The notes beneath the pieces are model-generated. The model was given only the letters and a program-made list of their open reading frames with translations, did no database searches and had not been told where the DNA came from. From a virus (Duplodnaviria > Heunggongvirae > Uroviricota > Caudoviricetes > Ackermannviridae), in IMG/VR virus record IMGVR_UViG_2974546594_000001, positions 57,536-121,535 of that record: a stretch of DNA of 64,000 nt; one strand, written 5' to 3'. How positions within the stretch are numbered: the first letter of the stretch is position 1; each line of letters starts with the position of its first letter. Shown one piece after another: positions 1-9,204 of the stretch. The translations under genes and the position numbers were made by a program.

Positions 1-4
1 AACA

Positions 5-1069
5 TTGAAGTATTATTACAACCCGAATTATAATCGAAACCAATTCACTGGCCAATCTGGTACTTCCCAGAACTTCCAGCCTTCACAGCAAGAACTCGTA
101 TTCGATGACGAAAGCATTGTTTACATCGATAGTGGTGAAGAGCCATTGGCCAATGGTATTGTCCCAGGCCTTTTAAATCCTGCTATCCGTCCGTTGAACA
201 ACCTGGTTACGACTGAAGATGCGACTGTAATTTATGCCATCACTCGCGCCCCTGAGAAACGCGCATTCTATCTTGACGTCGGTACTCTCGGTAAGAAATC
301 TGCTGAAGAATACATGACCATGATGATGGGTAAATTCAAAAACCGCAACGCATATGACCGCACCACTGGTAAGATAACAGGTAATGCCCATCTTATGGGT
401 ATTGCAGAGGATTATTGGTTGCCGCGCCGCGAAGGTCAGAATGCTACAGAGATTGCGACTGTTGGGGGTGGGAATCAATTGGGCGAAATGGATCACGTGA
501 ACTATTTCCGTGAAAAACTCTATGATGCTCTAATGATCCCTAAGAGCCGCCTCCAAGAGGAAGGATCTATTAACATTGGGGGTTCTAACCTTGCGGAGAT
601 TACACAGGAAGAGCTGCGCTTCAGCAAGTTCTGTGCTGGGTTACGACGCCGTTACTCCCATTTCTTTATGGAATTCTTGCGCCGCCAGTTAATTTTGAAA
701 GGCGTTACGGATGAAAAGGATTGGAATGAGAAGATCAAACCGTTTATAAAGTTTGAATTCACATCCGATAGTTACATTCGTGAACAACAAGAAAACGCTA
801 TCTTGAATGATCGTCTGGCTTCATTGAACACTGTTGAGCCATTTGTTGGTTCCATTTTCTCCATAGACTACGTCATGAGAAATGTATTGCGTATGTCTGA
901 TGAAGAAGTTAAAGAACAACAAACGAAGATCGCGGAAGAGAAGAAGAAAGGTCTCTATCCGAAGGTTCAAGCAGATGAAACTGGCAATTATAGCGGTTCA
1001 GATGTTAGTCCGTTGAAGTTTAAACCTGAGACTATCCCATTCTCCGGTTCAACAGACGATAGTATTTAA
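5..1069 (+). CDS. 20: portal vertex protein gp20, C-terminal part (5' end lies outside the window)
   Basis: Open to the window edge. Motifs RAPEKR, EDYWL, MSDEEV match the T4 gp20 C-terminal region. Followed by head genes in T4 order. Confidence 0.85.
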   Translation: MKYYYNPNYNRNQFTGQSGTSQNFQPSQQELVFDDESIVYIDSGEEPLANGIVPGLLNPAIRPLNNLVTTEDATVIYAITRAPEKRAFYLDVGTLGKKSAEEYMTMMMGKFKNRNAYDRTTGKITGNAHLMGIAEDYWLPRREGQNATEIATVGGGNQLGEMDHVNYFREKLYDALMIPKSRLQEEGSINIGGSNLAEITQEELRFSKFCAGLRRRYSHFFMEFLRRQLILKGVTDEKDWNEKIKPFIKFEFTSDSYIREQQENAILNDRLASLNTVEPFVGSIFSIDYVMRNVLRMSDEEVKEQQTKIAEEKKKGLYPKVQADETGNYSGSDVSPLKFKPETIPFSGSTDDSI

Positions 1070-1110
1070 AGTTCAACTAAATATAGAAAATTAATTCGGA
1101 GATCAAAATC

Positions 1111-1281
1111 ATGAGCGCAATTGATATCGTTCGTGCAGTAATTGACGGTGACACTGAAACTGCTGTTGCAGAATGCAACATGGAACTTGATGCACGTAGT
1201 CAAGAACTATTAAACCAAGGCACAGCATATGTTCTGGATTCTATCGCAGCTGATATGAATTCAAACAACAACGGCCAGTAA
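1111..1281 (+). CDS. 67: small acidic prohead core protein, gp67-like (56 aa, below the ORF-track size cutoff)
   Basis: ATG at 1111 after an AT-rich spacer. Product is MSAIDIVRAVIDGDTETAVAE... Position between gene 20 and the gp68-like gene is as in T4. Confidence 0.5.
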   Translation: MSAIDIVRAVIDGDTETAVAECNMELDARSQELLNQGTAYVLDSIAADMNSNNNGQ

Positions 1282-1289
1282 GGAGATGC

Positions 1290-1607
1290 ATGATGGAAAT
1301 CACAGAGATCGCCACGTTCGCTGATTTCCTGGCCTCTCGTATGGACGAGCAGCGAGTCATCGATAAAGTGAACGCTCGTGGTAAACGCCGCCGCCGCTTG
1401 AAATGTGCCCCTGGGTTCAAATTGTCGGCTGATGGTTCACGTTGTGAAGTCATGGATGCCAGCGAACGTCGTGTGCGCAAAATCGGCAACCGAAAAGCTC
1501 TTCGCTCCAAAAAGCGTATGGGTATGGGCTACCAACGAAAAATCGAGCGTCGTAAGAAAAAGGCTATGAAGTTCCGCAAAATGATGGGATTGAGTAAGAA
1601 CAAGTAA
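1290..1607 (+). CDS. 68: prohead core protein gp68-like (very basic, R/K-rich)
   Basis: SD AGGAG at 1281-1285. Highly basic 105-aa product. Position between 67 and 21 is as in T4. Confidence 0.6.
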   Translation: MMEITEIATFADFLASRMDEQRVIDKVNARGKRRRRLKCAPGFKLSADGSRCEVMDASERRVRKIGNRKALRSKKRMGMGYQRKIERRKKKAMKFRKMMGLSKNK

Positions 1608-1614
1608 GGAGTTT

Positions 1615-2283
1615 ATGATGAAACTGTTGCGTGAGATCACAGCGATAGGGAAGGATCTTCAAATCGGTGAGGATACGACCTCAACTGGTGGGAAGGCCAT
1701 GTTCATCGAAGGTCCGTTTGTGATGTGTAACCAAGTAAACCGGAACGGGCGTAACTATGATCTACAGAAAGTGGGTATCCCTGCTGTCGAAGCATATGAC
1801 AAAGAGTATATCCAAGATCGTCGCGCAATCGGTGAAGTCACACATCCTGACTATCCTTTCCCTAATCTGGTGGAAGCAGCGCTCAAAACCGAATCCCTTC
1901 GCTGGGAAGGCACCAATGCCATCGGTCGGGCGCGAATTTTAAATACACCAAAAGGCCAAATCATACGTGCATTGGCCGAAGCAGACTTCAATCTGGCCGT
2001 GTCTACACGTGGTCTGGGTGAGACCAAGTCAGTAAACGGTTATGACGACGTTCAACCTGGCTTTATGCTCACCGCTGTTGATGCAGTCGACCGTCCTTCT
2101 GGACAAGTTTGTTATGTTAAGGCTGTGAGTGAATCTGTTGAATGGCAGCTTGATGAGGCTTCTGGTATTTGGATGCCTCGGGATGTTAAAGGAAACGTTG
2201 TTGATCAGTTGGTGAAAGCCAATATTCAAGTAGAAGACGACTTCCTGCGCCGCCTTGATGCAGCATTGAATCATCTGGGCTGA
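1615..2283 (+). CDS. 21: prohead core protease gp21
   Basis: SD AAGGA at 1606. Motifs RNGRNYD, GEVTHP, GRARI, VSTRGLG, TAVDAV parallel T4 gp21 (RNKRLYP, GELNHP, GRARV, VSSRGLG, TAGVDAV). Confidence 0.9.
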   Translation: MMKLLREITAIGKDLQIGEDTTSTGGKAMFIEGPFVMCNQVNRNGRNYDLQKVGIPAVEAYDKEYIQDRRAIGEVTHPDYPFPNLVEAALKTESLRWEGTNAIGRARILNTPKGQIIRALAEADFNLAVSTRGLGETKSVNGYDDVQPGFMLTAVDAVDRPSGQVCYVKAVSESVEWQLDEASGIWMPRDVKGNVVDQLVKANIQVEDDFLRRLDAALNHLG

Positions 2284-2329
2284 AATTCAGCTCACTAAAT
2301 ACTGAAAAATCGTTCAGAAGGAAACTATC

Positions 2330-3169
2330 ATGAAACCTGAATTGCAAAAACTGTTTGAAGGCGTTAATGGCCTCAGCACCGATTTCTTGGACAAAGTATC
2401 TGGTCTGCTGGAATCTAAAGTTGAAGCCGCCCGTCTGCAAGCTATTCAAGAAACTGAAGCGGCTGGTAACGTTGAGCGCCTGACTCTGGTAGAAGCCCAC
2501 CAGAAAGAAGTCGCAGACCTTAAAGAAAATTTCACTCTTCAGTTGGCGGAAAAAGTTGATTCGTTCCTCAACGCGGTTGTTGAAGAATGGGCTAACAAAA
2601 ATGCTCCGGCTATTGACGCTCAGATCAAAACCGAAGCTGCTGAACGCTTCCTCACTGGTTTCTCTAATGTTCTGAAAGAAGCAGGTGTTAGTTTCGCCAC
2701 TGACCCAGACGGTCAGATTGCAGCTCTCACCAACCGCCTGGCTGAAGCAGAGCAACGCGCCAGCATTGCCAATACTGAATTGGCTCAGCTCAAAGAAAGT
2801 GAAACCAAACGCCAGCGCAATGATGTCATTGATCGTATTTGTGAAGGTATGGTTGACACCAAGAAAGACACTGTTGTCAACCTGCTGGAAGGTATTGAAT
2901 TCCAGACCGAGTCTGAATTTGAATCCCGTGTGCGCACCTTCCGTAACCTGGTAGAAGGCAAAGATGACTTCTCTGATAAAGTCGGCAAAGACAATGAAAA
3001 AGGCAAGCCGGATGGCGACAAGTCTGAAAAAGACATCAAAGAAGGTAAAAAACCGAAGAAAGAAGGTGAAGCCGACGATGATGACGATGACGATGATGAC
3101 AAAGACGAAGTTGGCAAAGAAGTCAACGAAGCCGTCCGTCGCCAGATCAGTGCTTTGCTGAACGGCTAA
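2330..3169 (+). CDS. 22: prohead core scaffold protein gp22 (coiled-coil, C-terminal poly-Asp tract)
   Basis: Alpha-helical, acidic, DDDDDDDDD tract. Position between 21 and 23. Confidence 0.8.
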   Translation: MKPELQKLFEGVNGLSTDFLDKVSGLLESKVEAARLQAIQETEAAGNVERLTLVEAHQKEVADLKENFTLQLAEKVDSFLNAVVEEWANKNAPAIDAQIKTEAAERFLTGFSNVLKEAGVSFATDPDGQIAALTNRLAEAEQRASIANTELAQLKESETKRQRNDVIDRICEGMVDTKKDTVVNLLEGIEFQTESEFESRVRTFRNLVEGKDDFSDKVGKDNEKGKPDGDKSEKDIKEGKKPKKEGEADDDDDDDDDKDEVGKEVNEAVRRQISALLNG

Positions 3170-3260
3170 TTTTAGCAGCCACAGCCCTCGAAAGGGGGCT
3201 TGATTTTGAACTACTAAGTAATTTCAACTTAACTGAATATCAATGTAAGGAACGAGCATC

Positions 3261-4583
3261 ATGACTAAGAAACTTGTAACCGAAGAAATGCGCAAACAGT
3301 GGCTGCCAGTTCTCCAAAAAGAATCTGAAGCTATTCAACCTCTGTCTGCCGAAAACGTAACCATCCGTCTGATGCAGAACCAGGCTGAATGGAACGCAAA
3401 AAACCTGGGCGAATCTGACGCACCTGGTTCTGTGAACAGCACTGTCGGTAAATGGCAGCCAGTTCTGATCGACATGGCAAAACGTCTGGCGCCGATCAAC
3501 ATCGCGATGGACTTCTTCGGTGTTCAGCCGCTGTCTGGTCCTGACGGTCAGATCTTTGCACTGCGCGCTCGCCAGGGTGTTGGTGACAGTTCCAACACCG
3601 CACAGTCTCGTAAAGAACTGTTCATGCAGGAAGCCGATTCCGGCTATTCCGGTGATGGTACTGTACAGGCTGGCGACCCGTCAGGCTTTAGTCAGGCTGA
3701 GATCGAAGGTTCCGGCTCTGTCGTGACCACTATCGGTAAAGGTATGCCGTCAACCGACGCGGAACTGCTGGGTACTACCACCAATCCGTGGGCGCGTGTT
3801 GGTATCACCGTTCAGAAAGCGACCGTTACTGCCAAGTCTCGCGGCCTGTACGCTGATTACAGCCATGAACTGCGTCAGGATATGATGGCAATTCACGGCG
3901 AAGACGTGGATAATATCCTGTCTGACGTGATGGTAACTGAAATTCAGGCGGAAATGAACCGTGAATTCATCCGTACCATGAACTTCAGTGCTGTTCGCTT
4001 CAAAAAATTCGGTACCAACGGTGTTGTTGATATCGCGCAGGACATCTCCGGTCGTTGGGCGCTGGAAAAATGGAAGTTCCTGACTTTCATGCTGGAAGTT
4101 GAAGCGAACGGTATCGGTGTTGACACCCGTCGTGGTAAAGGCAACCGTGTTCTGTGTTCTCCGAACGTGGCATCCGCTCTGGCGATGTCTGGCATGCTGG
4201 ACTATGCTCCGGTTCTGCAGGAAAACACTAAACTGGCTGTTGACCCGACTGGCCAGACCTTCGCTGGTGTTCTGTCCAACGGTATGCGCGTCTATGTTGA
4301 CCCGTATGCTGTAGCAGAATATATCACCCTGGCATACAAAGGCGCAACTGCGCTGGATGCCGGTATCTTCTTCGCGCCGTATGTGCCGCTGGAAATGTAC
4401 CGCACCCAGGGTGAAACCACCTTCGCTCCGCGTATGGCGTTCAAAACCCGTTACGGCATCTGTGCTAACCCGTTCGTACAGATTCCGGCTAACCAAGACC
4501 CGCAGGTTTACGTGACTGCTGACGGTATTGCTCAAGACAGCAACCCGTATTTCCGCAAAGGTCTGATCAAATCTCTGTTCTAA
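3261..4583 (+). CDS. 23: major capsid protein gp23
   Basis: 440-aa product with strongly biased (high-expression) codon usage. Position after 22. Followed by a strong terminator. Confidence 0.85.
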   Translation: MTKKLVTEEMRKQWLPVLQKESEAIQPLSAENVTIRLMQNQAEWNAKNLGESDAPGSVNSTVGKWQPVLIDMAKRLAPINIAMDFFGVQPLSGPDGQIFALRARQGVGDSSNTAQSRKELFMQEADSGYSGDGTVQAGDPSGFSQAEIEGSGSVVTTIGKGMPSTDAELLGTTTNPWARVGITVQKATVTAKSRGLYADYSHELRQDMMAIHGEDVDNILSDVMVTEIQAEMNREFIRTMNFSAVRFKKFGTNGVVDIAQDISGRWALEKWKFLTFMLEVEANGIGVDTRRGKGNRVLCSPNVASALAMSGMLDYAPVLQENTKLAVDPTGQTFAGVLSNGMRVYVDPYAVAEYITLAYKGATALDAGIFFAPYVPLEMYRTQGETTFAPRMAFKTRYGICANPFVQIPANQDPQVYVTADGIAQDSNPYFRKGLIKSLF

Positions 4584-4602
4584 GCGACAGGTTTTGATAA
4601 CA

Positions 4603-4630
4603 AACCCCGCTTCGGCGGGGTTTTTCTTTA
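4603..4630 (+). terminator. rho-independent terminator after gene 23
   Basis: AACCCCGC-TTCG-GCGGGGTT hairpin followed by TTTTTCTTT. Confidence 0.85.
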
Positions 4631-4677
4631 TAGGGATATGTAAGATAATAAAGCCTCATTTATCAAAGGAGGTTAAA

Positions 4678-4914
4678 ATGTCTCATCAATTATCTGGCGG
4701 TGCAGTCGATACTCTATTCGTTCTTTTCTGGTTTGGACCTCGTGAAGCTGGGGAAATACCTGCTAAATCTGGAGAAGCCGAATTGGCCTCCCTGGGGTTT
4801 TGTAAACGAGTTGATGTTAAAAACGTACCAAAAGGTCGAGATACACATCTGTGTGTACTCACCGAGGAAGGTTACAAATACGCATATCTGAAATATGTTT
4901 CTCAAAATACGTGA
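4678..4914 (+). CDS. hypothetical protein (78 aa)
   Basis: SD AAGGAGG at 4667-4673. No recognisable motifs. Confidence 0.5.
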   Translation: MSHQLSGGAVDTLFVLFWFGPREAGEIPAKSGEAELASLGFCKRVDVKNVPKGRDTHLCVLTEEGYKYAYLKYVSQNT

Positions 4915-5001
4915 TTGTTTATCGTAACGATTTAATACGCGAATAGTTCAATAACAATTCCTGTTGTACGATATAACTTTCTTACAACAGGAGTATCAGT
5001 C

Positions 5002-5316
5002 ATGACAACCCGAAATATTACCTCTGAACAATCCGTGTCACAAATCCTCATTAATTCCCGCACCCAAAAAGAACGTCTTTTTGACATCCTCACTAATGTG
5101 ATCAATATTCGTCGACAATTAGATGGTGAATTTCCCGAATCTGATTCTGAAGAAAAATCAACACACAATCCAGGTCTTGTTGGTGCTATCCTTAACATAC
5201 AAGGAGAGCAGGACGATATCATCGATAGAATCAATGCTCACATGGACGTCATCCATACTAAACTGGGAACGTTTTATCACCCAAATTGTGAAGACGAGTC
5301 TAAAGATAATTGTTAA
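5002..5316 (+). CDS. hypothetical protein (104 aa)
   Basis: SD CAGGAG directly upstream. Confidence 0.5.
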   Translation: MTTRNITSEQSVSQILINSRTQKERLFDILTNVINIRRQLDGEFPESDSEEKSTHNPGLVGAILNIQGEQDDIIDRINAHMDVIHTKLGTFYHPNCEDESKDNC

Positions 5317-5377
5317 TGTTTTCAATAAATGGGTAATGAACCATCATTACCCAACTTTCACAATAGGAATACAACTC

Positions 5378-5572
5378 ATGGCAAAAGAAACTCTTAACAA
5401 TGAAAACTCCAACTTTGCAGAATGGCATACCGAATTAGAGCGCGTTGCCCGTTCTCAACATGGTTCTGCCGCTGATGCAGATGCTTGGCGTGAAGATTAT
5501 GAATCTGGAAAAACTCCACGTCAGGCTTGGGAAGACGAATGGGGGTGGGATGATGCCGACTCTAATCCGTAA
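5378..5572 (+). CDS. hypothetical acidic, Trp-rich small protein (64 aa)
   Basis: Internal ATG of the ORF-track entry at 5123. SD AGGAA at 5365. The preceding in-frame stretch lacks a start context. Confidence 0.4.
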   Translation: MAKETLNNENSNFAEWHTELERVARSQHGSAADADAWREDYESGKTPRQAWEDEWGWDDADSNP

Positions 5573-5785
5573 GATATATCTGGATAAGAACTATTTGGAG
5601 TTTTCACGGCTCAAAAAATATTTGAAGACGGTGAAACGAGATATTATCTGAATCCAGACCTTTATCTCCCAGGAAGTAATTTGAATCGCGACATACCCCA
5701 AATAGATGGCACAATCATTCGTTGGGAAATAGCGACGCAAGAAGACAACTGTCACAACATAACACTTTGAAGTGAGAACTACATC

Positions 5786-6232
5786 ATGTCTAAACAAAAT
5801 TATATCTTTATTAGTCCAGGACGTTCCCAGTTTTTTCGTAGCGACATCGATACACCTATCGAAGGTTTTCGCATTTTCAAATGCTATAAATTGGCCAGCG
5901 GTGACATTGATTATCAAAGTCACGACAATGACCGCCAAGACTTGGTTGATAACGGTTGGGAAGAAATAGATTCTCCTCAATATCTGACCGTCAACCTTTA
6001 TTATATGAAGGAAAGCGGTAAATATTATTCGACTGGGGAGTTGAAAATCCGAGTTTCAGAAGCCCAATCCAATCCAGCAAAAAGTTGGTATGACACGCAA
6101 GAGTTAGTGCGTGATCTCCTGAAGAAAGGCGAACTGCCTGGCTTGGTTAAAGGTTCCCGTTTTGATACCTTCATGTCCTGTGAACAACACCCGTGCTATG
6201 TTCCGACTTTATTTAAAATCAGCAACATGTGA
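5786..6232 (+). CDS. hypothetical protein (148 aa)
   Basis: Carries the conserved initiation region TTTGAAGTGAGAACTACATCATG. Confidence 0.55.
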   Translation: MSKQNYIFISPGRSQFFRSDIDTPIEGFRIFKCYKLASGDIDYQSHDNDRQDLVDNGWEEIDSPQYLTVNLYYMKESGKYYSTGELKIRVSEAQSNPAKSWYDTQELVRDLLKKGELPGLVKGSRFDTFMSCEQHPCYVPTLFKISNM

Positions 6233-6243
6233 GAGATTAATAT

Positions 6244-6618
6244 ATGAGCAATTTACCACTGCTTCAAGTCGGCGATGTGTTCGTTCTCACAGAAGAAATG
6301 ACCATTGAAACTCAGGTGCCTAAGCATTTCTTGTATTCTAATTGCAAGGGAGATTGGCAAACGGACTCTGGTTATATCACCCCTGAGGGATTCTTCGGTT
6401 ACATGCAAGGGCATTATGTCGTTACCAAAACAGCTCTACAAGGAGGTAGCGCTGGTCACGACCCATACCCAGACGGTCATCATGTTTGGGCACAGCATAC
6501 CGAAAATGAACGCATCAGGATCTGTTTTTATCAGACAGGCAGCTTCAGAAACATGCACCGTAACGTTCCAGTAGTCGGAAAAGCCAAGGCGCAAACATGG
6601 ACTTGGGAGAAATTATGA
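6244..6618 (+). CDS. hypothetical protein (124 aa)
   Basis: SD GAGAG. ORF is tightly packed with its neighbours. Confidence 0.5.
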   Translation: MSNLPLLQVGDVFVLTEEMTIETQVPKHFLYSNCKGDWQTDSGYITPEGFFGYMQGHYVVTKTALQGGSAGHDPYPDGHHVWAQHTENERIRICFYQTGSFRNMHRNVPVVGKAKAQTWTWEKL

Positions 6619-6851
6619 GAATCAAAAAGATTGGAGCAAGCCCGTTGACGGGCACTATCTTCCAAGGTACATTGAATACCAAAACCAGTATGTGGGTAGG
6701 TGAGAAGACCGACGTGACTAACGACTGTGTAGCGGCTACGGCTGAACACATGCGCCACATCAAGAAAGACTACTGCTTCCCTACTAAAGACGGCAAGTTC
6801 CTGGTGCTGAGCGCTGAGGTTCACGACACTCTTCCTGATCGCTTCAAATAA
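6615..6851 (+). CDS. hypothetical protein (78 aa)
   Basis: ATG at 6615 with SD GGGAGA. Overlaps the stop of the previous gene (ATGA). Confidence 0.5.
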   Translation: MRIKKIGASPLTGTIFQGTLNTKTSMWVGEKTDVTNDCVAATAEHMRHIKKDYCFPTKDGKFLVLSAEVHDTLPDRFK

Positions 6852-6872
6852 ATTTAAAATTTATTCAATAAA

Positions 6873-6905
6873 CGGGGTTTACTTCTTCAATAAACCCCGT
6901 ATACT
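6873..6905 (+). promoter_or_regulatory. PeSL-like cassette: inverted repeat CGGGGTTTA...TAAACCCCG overlapping an early sigma70 promoter (-35 GTTTAC 6877-6882, 17-nt spacer TTCTTCAATAAACCCCG, -10 TATACT 6900-6905)
   Basis: Matches the T4 early-promoter architecture. The same -35/spacer module recurs at 43195, 49121, 56268, 25898. Confidence 0.6.
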
Positions 6906-6954
6906 TCATTCCATAAGCAGCACAACACTGACTCTGAAATGAAGGAACTACATC

Positions 6955-7419
6955 ATGACAACCGTAAAAATCTCCGTCTGGGCATTCAACAATTTCACCA
7001 AATTTGACGCGTTTGTTAAAAACGCTCTGGGCATCACCAACATAGAATCTTTCACTTCTTATGACCGCGAAGATCAGGTCAAAATGCTTCGTCCTGAAAT
7101 CGACCTTGACGCAATGCTGAACGCCATCAAGAATCACGATGACAATCTGGCTGAATTCGAAAACCTCCGCACCTCTATCTTCAAAAAGAATGGTGGCATC
7201 CGTAAGCTGAGCAACAAAACCATCAAATATGTCACCGAAGGGTTCTTTGTGGTGTTCGACTTCATAGAAACCAAGCCGAACGAACTTCGTAAAGATTTAG
7301 ACGGCAACGTTATCACCCTGAAAATGTTTGGCGAAGCCAAGGCCGATATGATGCGTGACGGCCTGTGTGATGAGACATTCACATACGACGAATATTGCGA
7401 TCAGTGCCAAGATCTGTAA
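6955..7419 (+). CDS. hypothetical protein (154 aa)
   Basis: Conserved initiation region TGAAATGAAGGAACTACATCATG. Good codon usage. Confidence 0.6.
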   Translation: MTTVKISVWAFNNFTKFDAFVKNALGITNIESFTSYDREDQVKMLRPEIDLDAMLNAIKNHDDNLAEFENLRTSIFKKNGGIRKLSNKTIKYVTEGFFVVFDFIETKPNELRKDLDGNVITLKMFGEAKADMMRDGLCDETFTYDEYCDQCQDL

Positions 7420-7487
7420 TTTGTTCTAAACCATTTGAACGGGTATGTTAAAATCATACCCAACCCCTACAAATAGAGGACTATAAC

Positions 7488-7811
7488 ATGGCTTGTAAAA
7501 CACCAGAAATGAAATTAGTTGTTTCGTCAACGGGACGTCGCAGTCGCAGCCGCAGTCGAAATCTCATCACCCGTTTAGATATTCTACGTCAAAAATATCA
7601 AGGCCACAGCGTGTTCACTCGCATCCGTAACGCATTAAAGGAAGGGCGAACCGAGTTGGAGCTATATCGTCCAAACGGTTCGACTCGTGCGTATCAGACC
7701 ACCGACGGTTTGCTGGAACTGATCCGCCTCTCGGGAATGAGCATAGAACCTCGTTCATCAGGGACTCCCTTGTGCAGCCTGTATGTAATCGGCAATCTTG
7801 GGGCGCTGTGA
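7488..7811 (+). CDS. hypothetical protein with an RS-repeat N-terminus (107 aa)
   Basis: SD AGAGGA upstream. Confidence 0.5.
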   Translation: MACKTPEMKLVVSSTGRRSRSRSRNLITRLDILRQKYQGHSVFTRIRNALKEGRTELELYRPNGSTRAYQTTDGLLELIRLSGMSIEPRSSGTPLCSLYVIGNLGAL

Positions 7812-7816
7812 GTTCT

Positions 7817-8239
7817 ATGAAGAAGTATATCGTTCTTATAACGGGTTCCCGTTCTATAACTGAGCGGGATAAAATCTTCGCCAAACTGGATGAACTGTTA
7901 GATCCCCACGAGATCGAAACTTTTATAGAAGGTGAAGCGGTTGGTGTGGACTTGATATCTCGTGATTGGTGTGAAATCAATTATGTCCATGTTACACCAA
8001 TGGAGATCCCTAAGAATTATCACACGATATATGGGAAAGGCGCAGGAAACCAACGTAACAAAGATATGTTAGACAAAGCTATGACCCTGGCCAAACAAAA
8101 ATGTCTTGAGGTCTTTGGAATTGCATTATGGGATGGTTCGTCTACTGGGACGCAAGACATGATTACCCGCATGAAAAAAGCAGGTGTCAATGTCAATATC
8201 ACTCTCATGGGCAAACCCAAAACCAAACGATTGTTATAA
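7817..8239 (+). CDS. DUF2493 / SLOG-family protein (LOG / DprA-related Rossmann fold)
   Basis: VLITGSRS, EGEAVGVDLISRDW, YGKGAGNQRNKDML, ALWDGSSTGTQDMI fit the DUF2493 pattern as I remember it. Confidence 0.5.
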   Translation: MKKYIVLITGSRSITERDKIFAKLDELLDPHEIETFIEGEAVGVDLISRDWCEINYVHVTPMEIPKNYHTIYGKGAGNQRNKDMLDKAMTLAKQKCLEVFGIALWDGSSTGTQDMITRMKKAGVNVNITLMGKPKTKRLL

Positions 8240-8261
8240 ATATGTTTGCCTTCACACCCAT

Positions 8262-8444
8262 ATGGAGTTAGCTATGCTGCAATTAATTTTGATTCTTTGT
8301 GTCGCTTTTACCATTTATTTTCTGGCGCGAATCAGTTATGTCACACTAAATGATCTGAAAGATACACCACGCGAACCTAAATTTATATTTCTAAAGAAAT
8401 ACACCAAAAAGTTCTGCGAGAATTTTATCTATCATCTTCCGTGA
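8262..8444 (+). CDS. small hydrophobic membrane protein (60 aa)
   Basis: Single TM helix LQLILILCVAFTIYFLA. Weak SD. Confidence 0.35.
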   Translation: MELAMLQLILILCVAFTIYFLARISYVTLNDLKDTPREPKFIFLKKYTKKFCENFIYHLP

Positions 8445-8475
8445 TTATAAATACCCCCAAAATTGGGGGTATTTT
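8445..8475 (+). promoter_or_regulatory. T4-type late promoter motif TATAAATA (8447-8454) embedded in the terminator hairpin ATACCCCCAA-AATT-GGGGGTAT + TTT
   Basis: Only exact TATAAATA in an intergenic position in the window. Lies 21 nt before the ATG at 8476. Confidence 0.4.
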
Positions 8476-9204
8476 ATGAACGCACAAATCTACGATGTCC
8501 TTTCCTCTGGTAATGCATTTAGCAACCCGCTTCCGTCCCTCTCCGGTCCCTCACAGGATTTAATCACCAGTGGTAGTACCAATATACCATTGATAACTAC
8601 CAACGCGACTCCGGAGATGCAGGCGGCTATGGTTGCTGGTGGACTAACACCAGAAAAACTCACAGCAGCCACCACCATGTATAGCACCGCCAACACGGGG
8701 ATAACGACACTGAACACATATGGCGACCAAAGTATCAATGACGCGTATTCTCGCATCGGTACTTCCGTTTCATATAAATCAGGTTTGAAAAGTATATCAC
8801 GGGAACCAAACAATTGTGACCTGATCAACAAAGCATTCGGTGTTGTTCAGGATCTAGGCCGCCAATGGTTAAACGCTATGGAAGGCGCTCTCCAGACTGT
8901 GACTAACAAGATATCGGAATTGTATGACATGATTATGGAAGGTGCCTCAGAAGGGATGGCAAAACTACAGCAATTGGCTGCTGAAGTAACAGGACATATC
9001 AATGAGGCAATAACCGCCGTCAATGGAGTTATAAATGATATCACCGATGGGATAGCTGCAGAACTTGCTCATATTGAAAGTATGATCAAAGAATGTCTAA
9101 ACTTCTCTTTTGCGAATGTTCTTGGAGAATGGGCCAAAGATCTCTGTGCTGGAGGCGTTATTGATAAAATAGGGACTCCAGAATTAAAAGAGTCCCTGAA
9201 ATAA
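8476..9204 (+). CDS. hypothetical protein (242 aa), possibly virion-associated
   Basis: Preceded by TATAAATA. Ser/Thr-rich N-terminus, helical C-terminus. Confidence 0.55.
   Translation: MNAQIYDVLSSGNAFSNPLPSLSGPSQDLITSGSTNIPLITTNATPEMQAAMVAGGLTPEKLTAATTMYSTANTGITTLNTYGDQSINDAYSRIGTSVSYKSGLKSISREPNNCDLINKAFGVVQDLGRQWLNAMEGALQTVTNKISELYDMIMEGASEGMAKLQQLAAEVTGHINEAITAVNGVINDITDGIAAELAHIESMIKECLNFSFANVLGEWAKDLCAGGVIDKIGTPELKESLK

Noticed and set aside
3750-4535. 261-aa reverse-strand ORF inside the major capsid gene
   Set aside because: Antisense to a strongly supported gene. Low-complexity, Arg/Val-rich translation. No SD. Typical shadow ORF.
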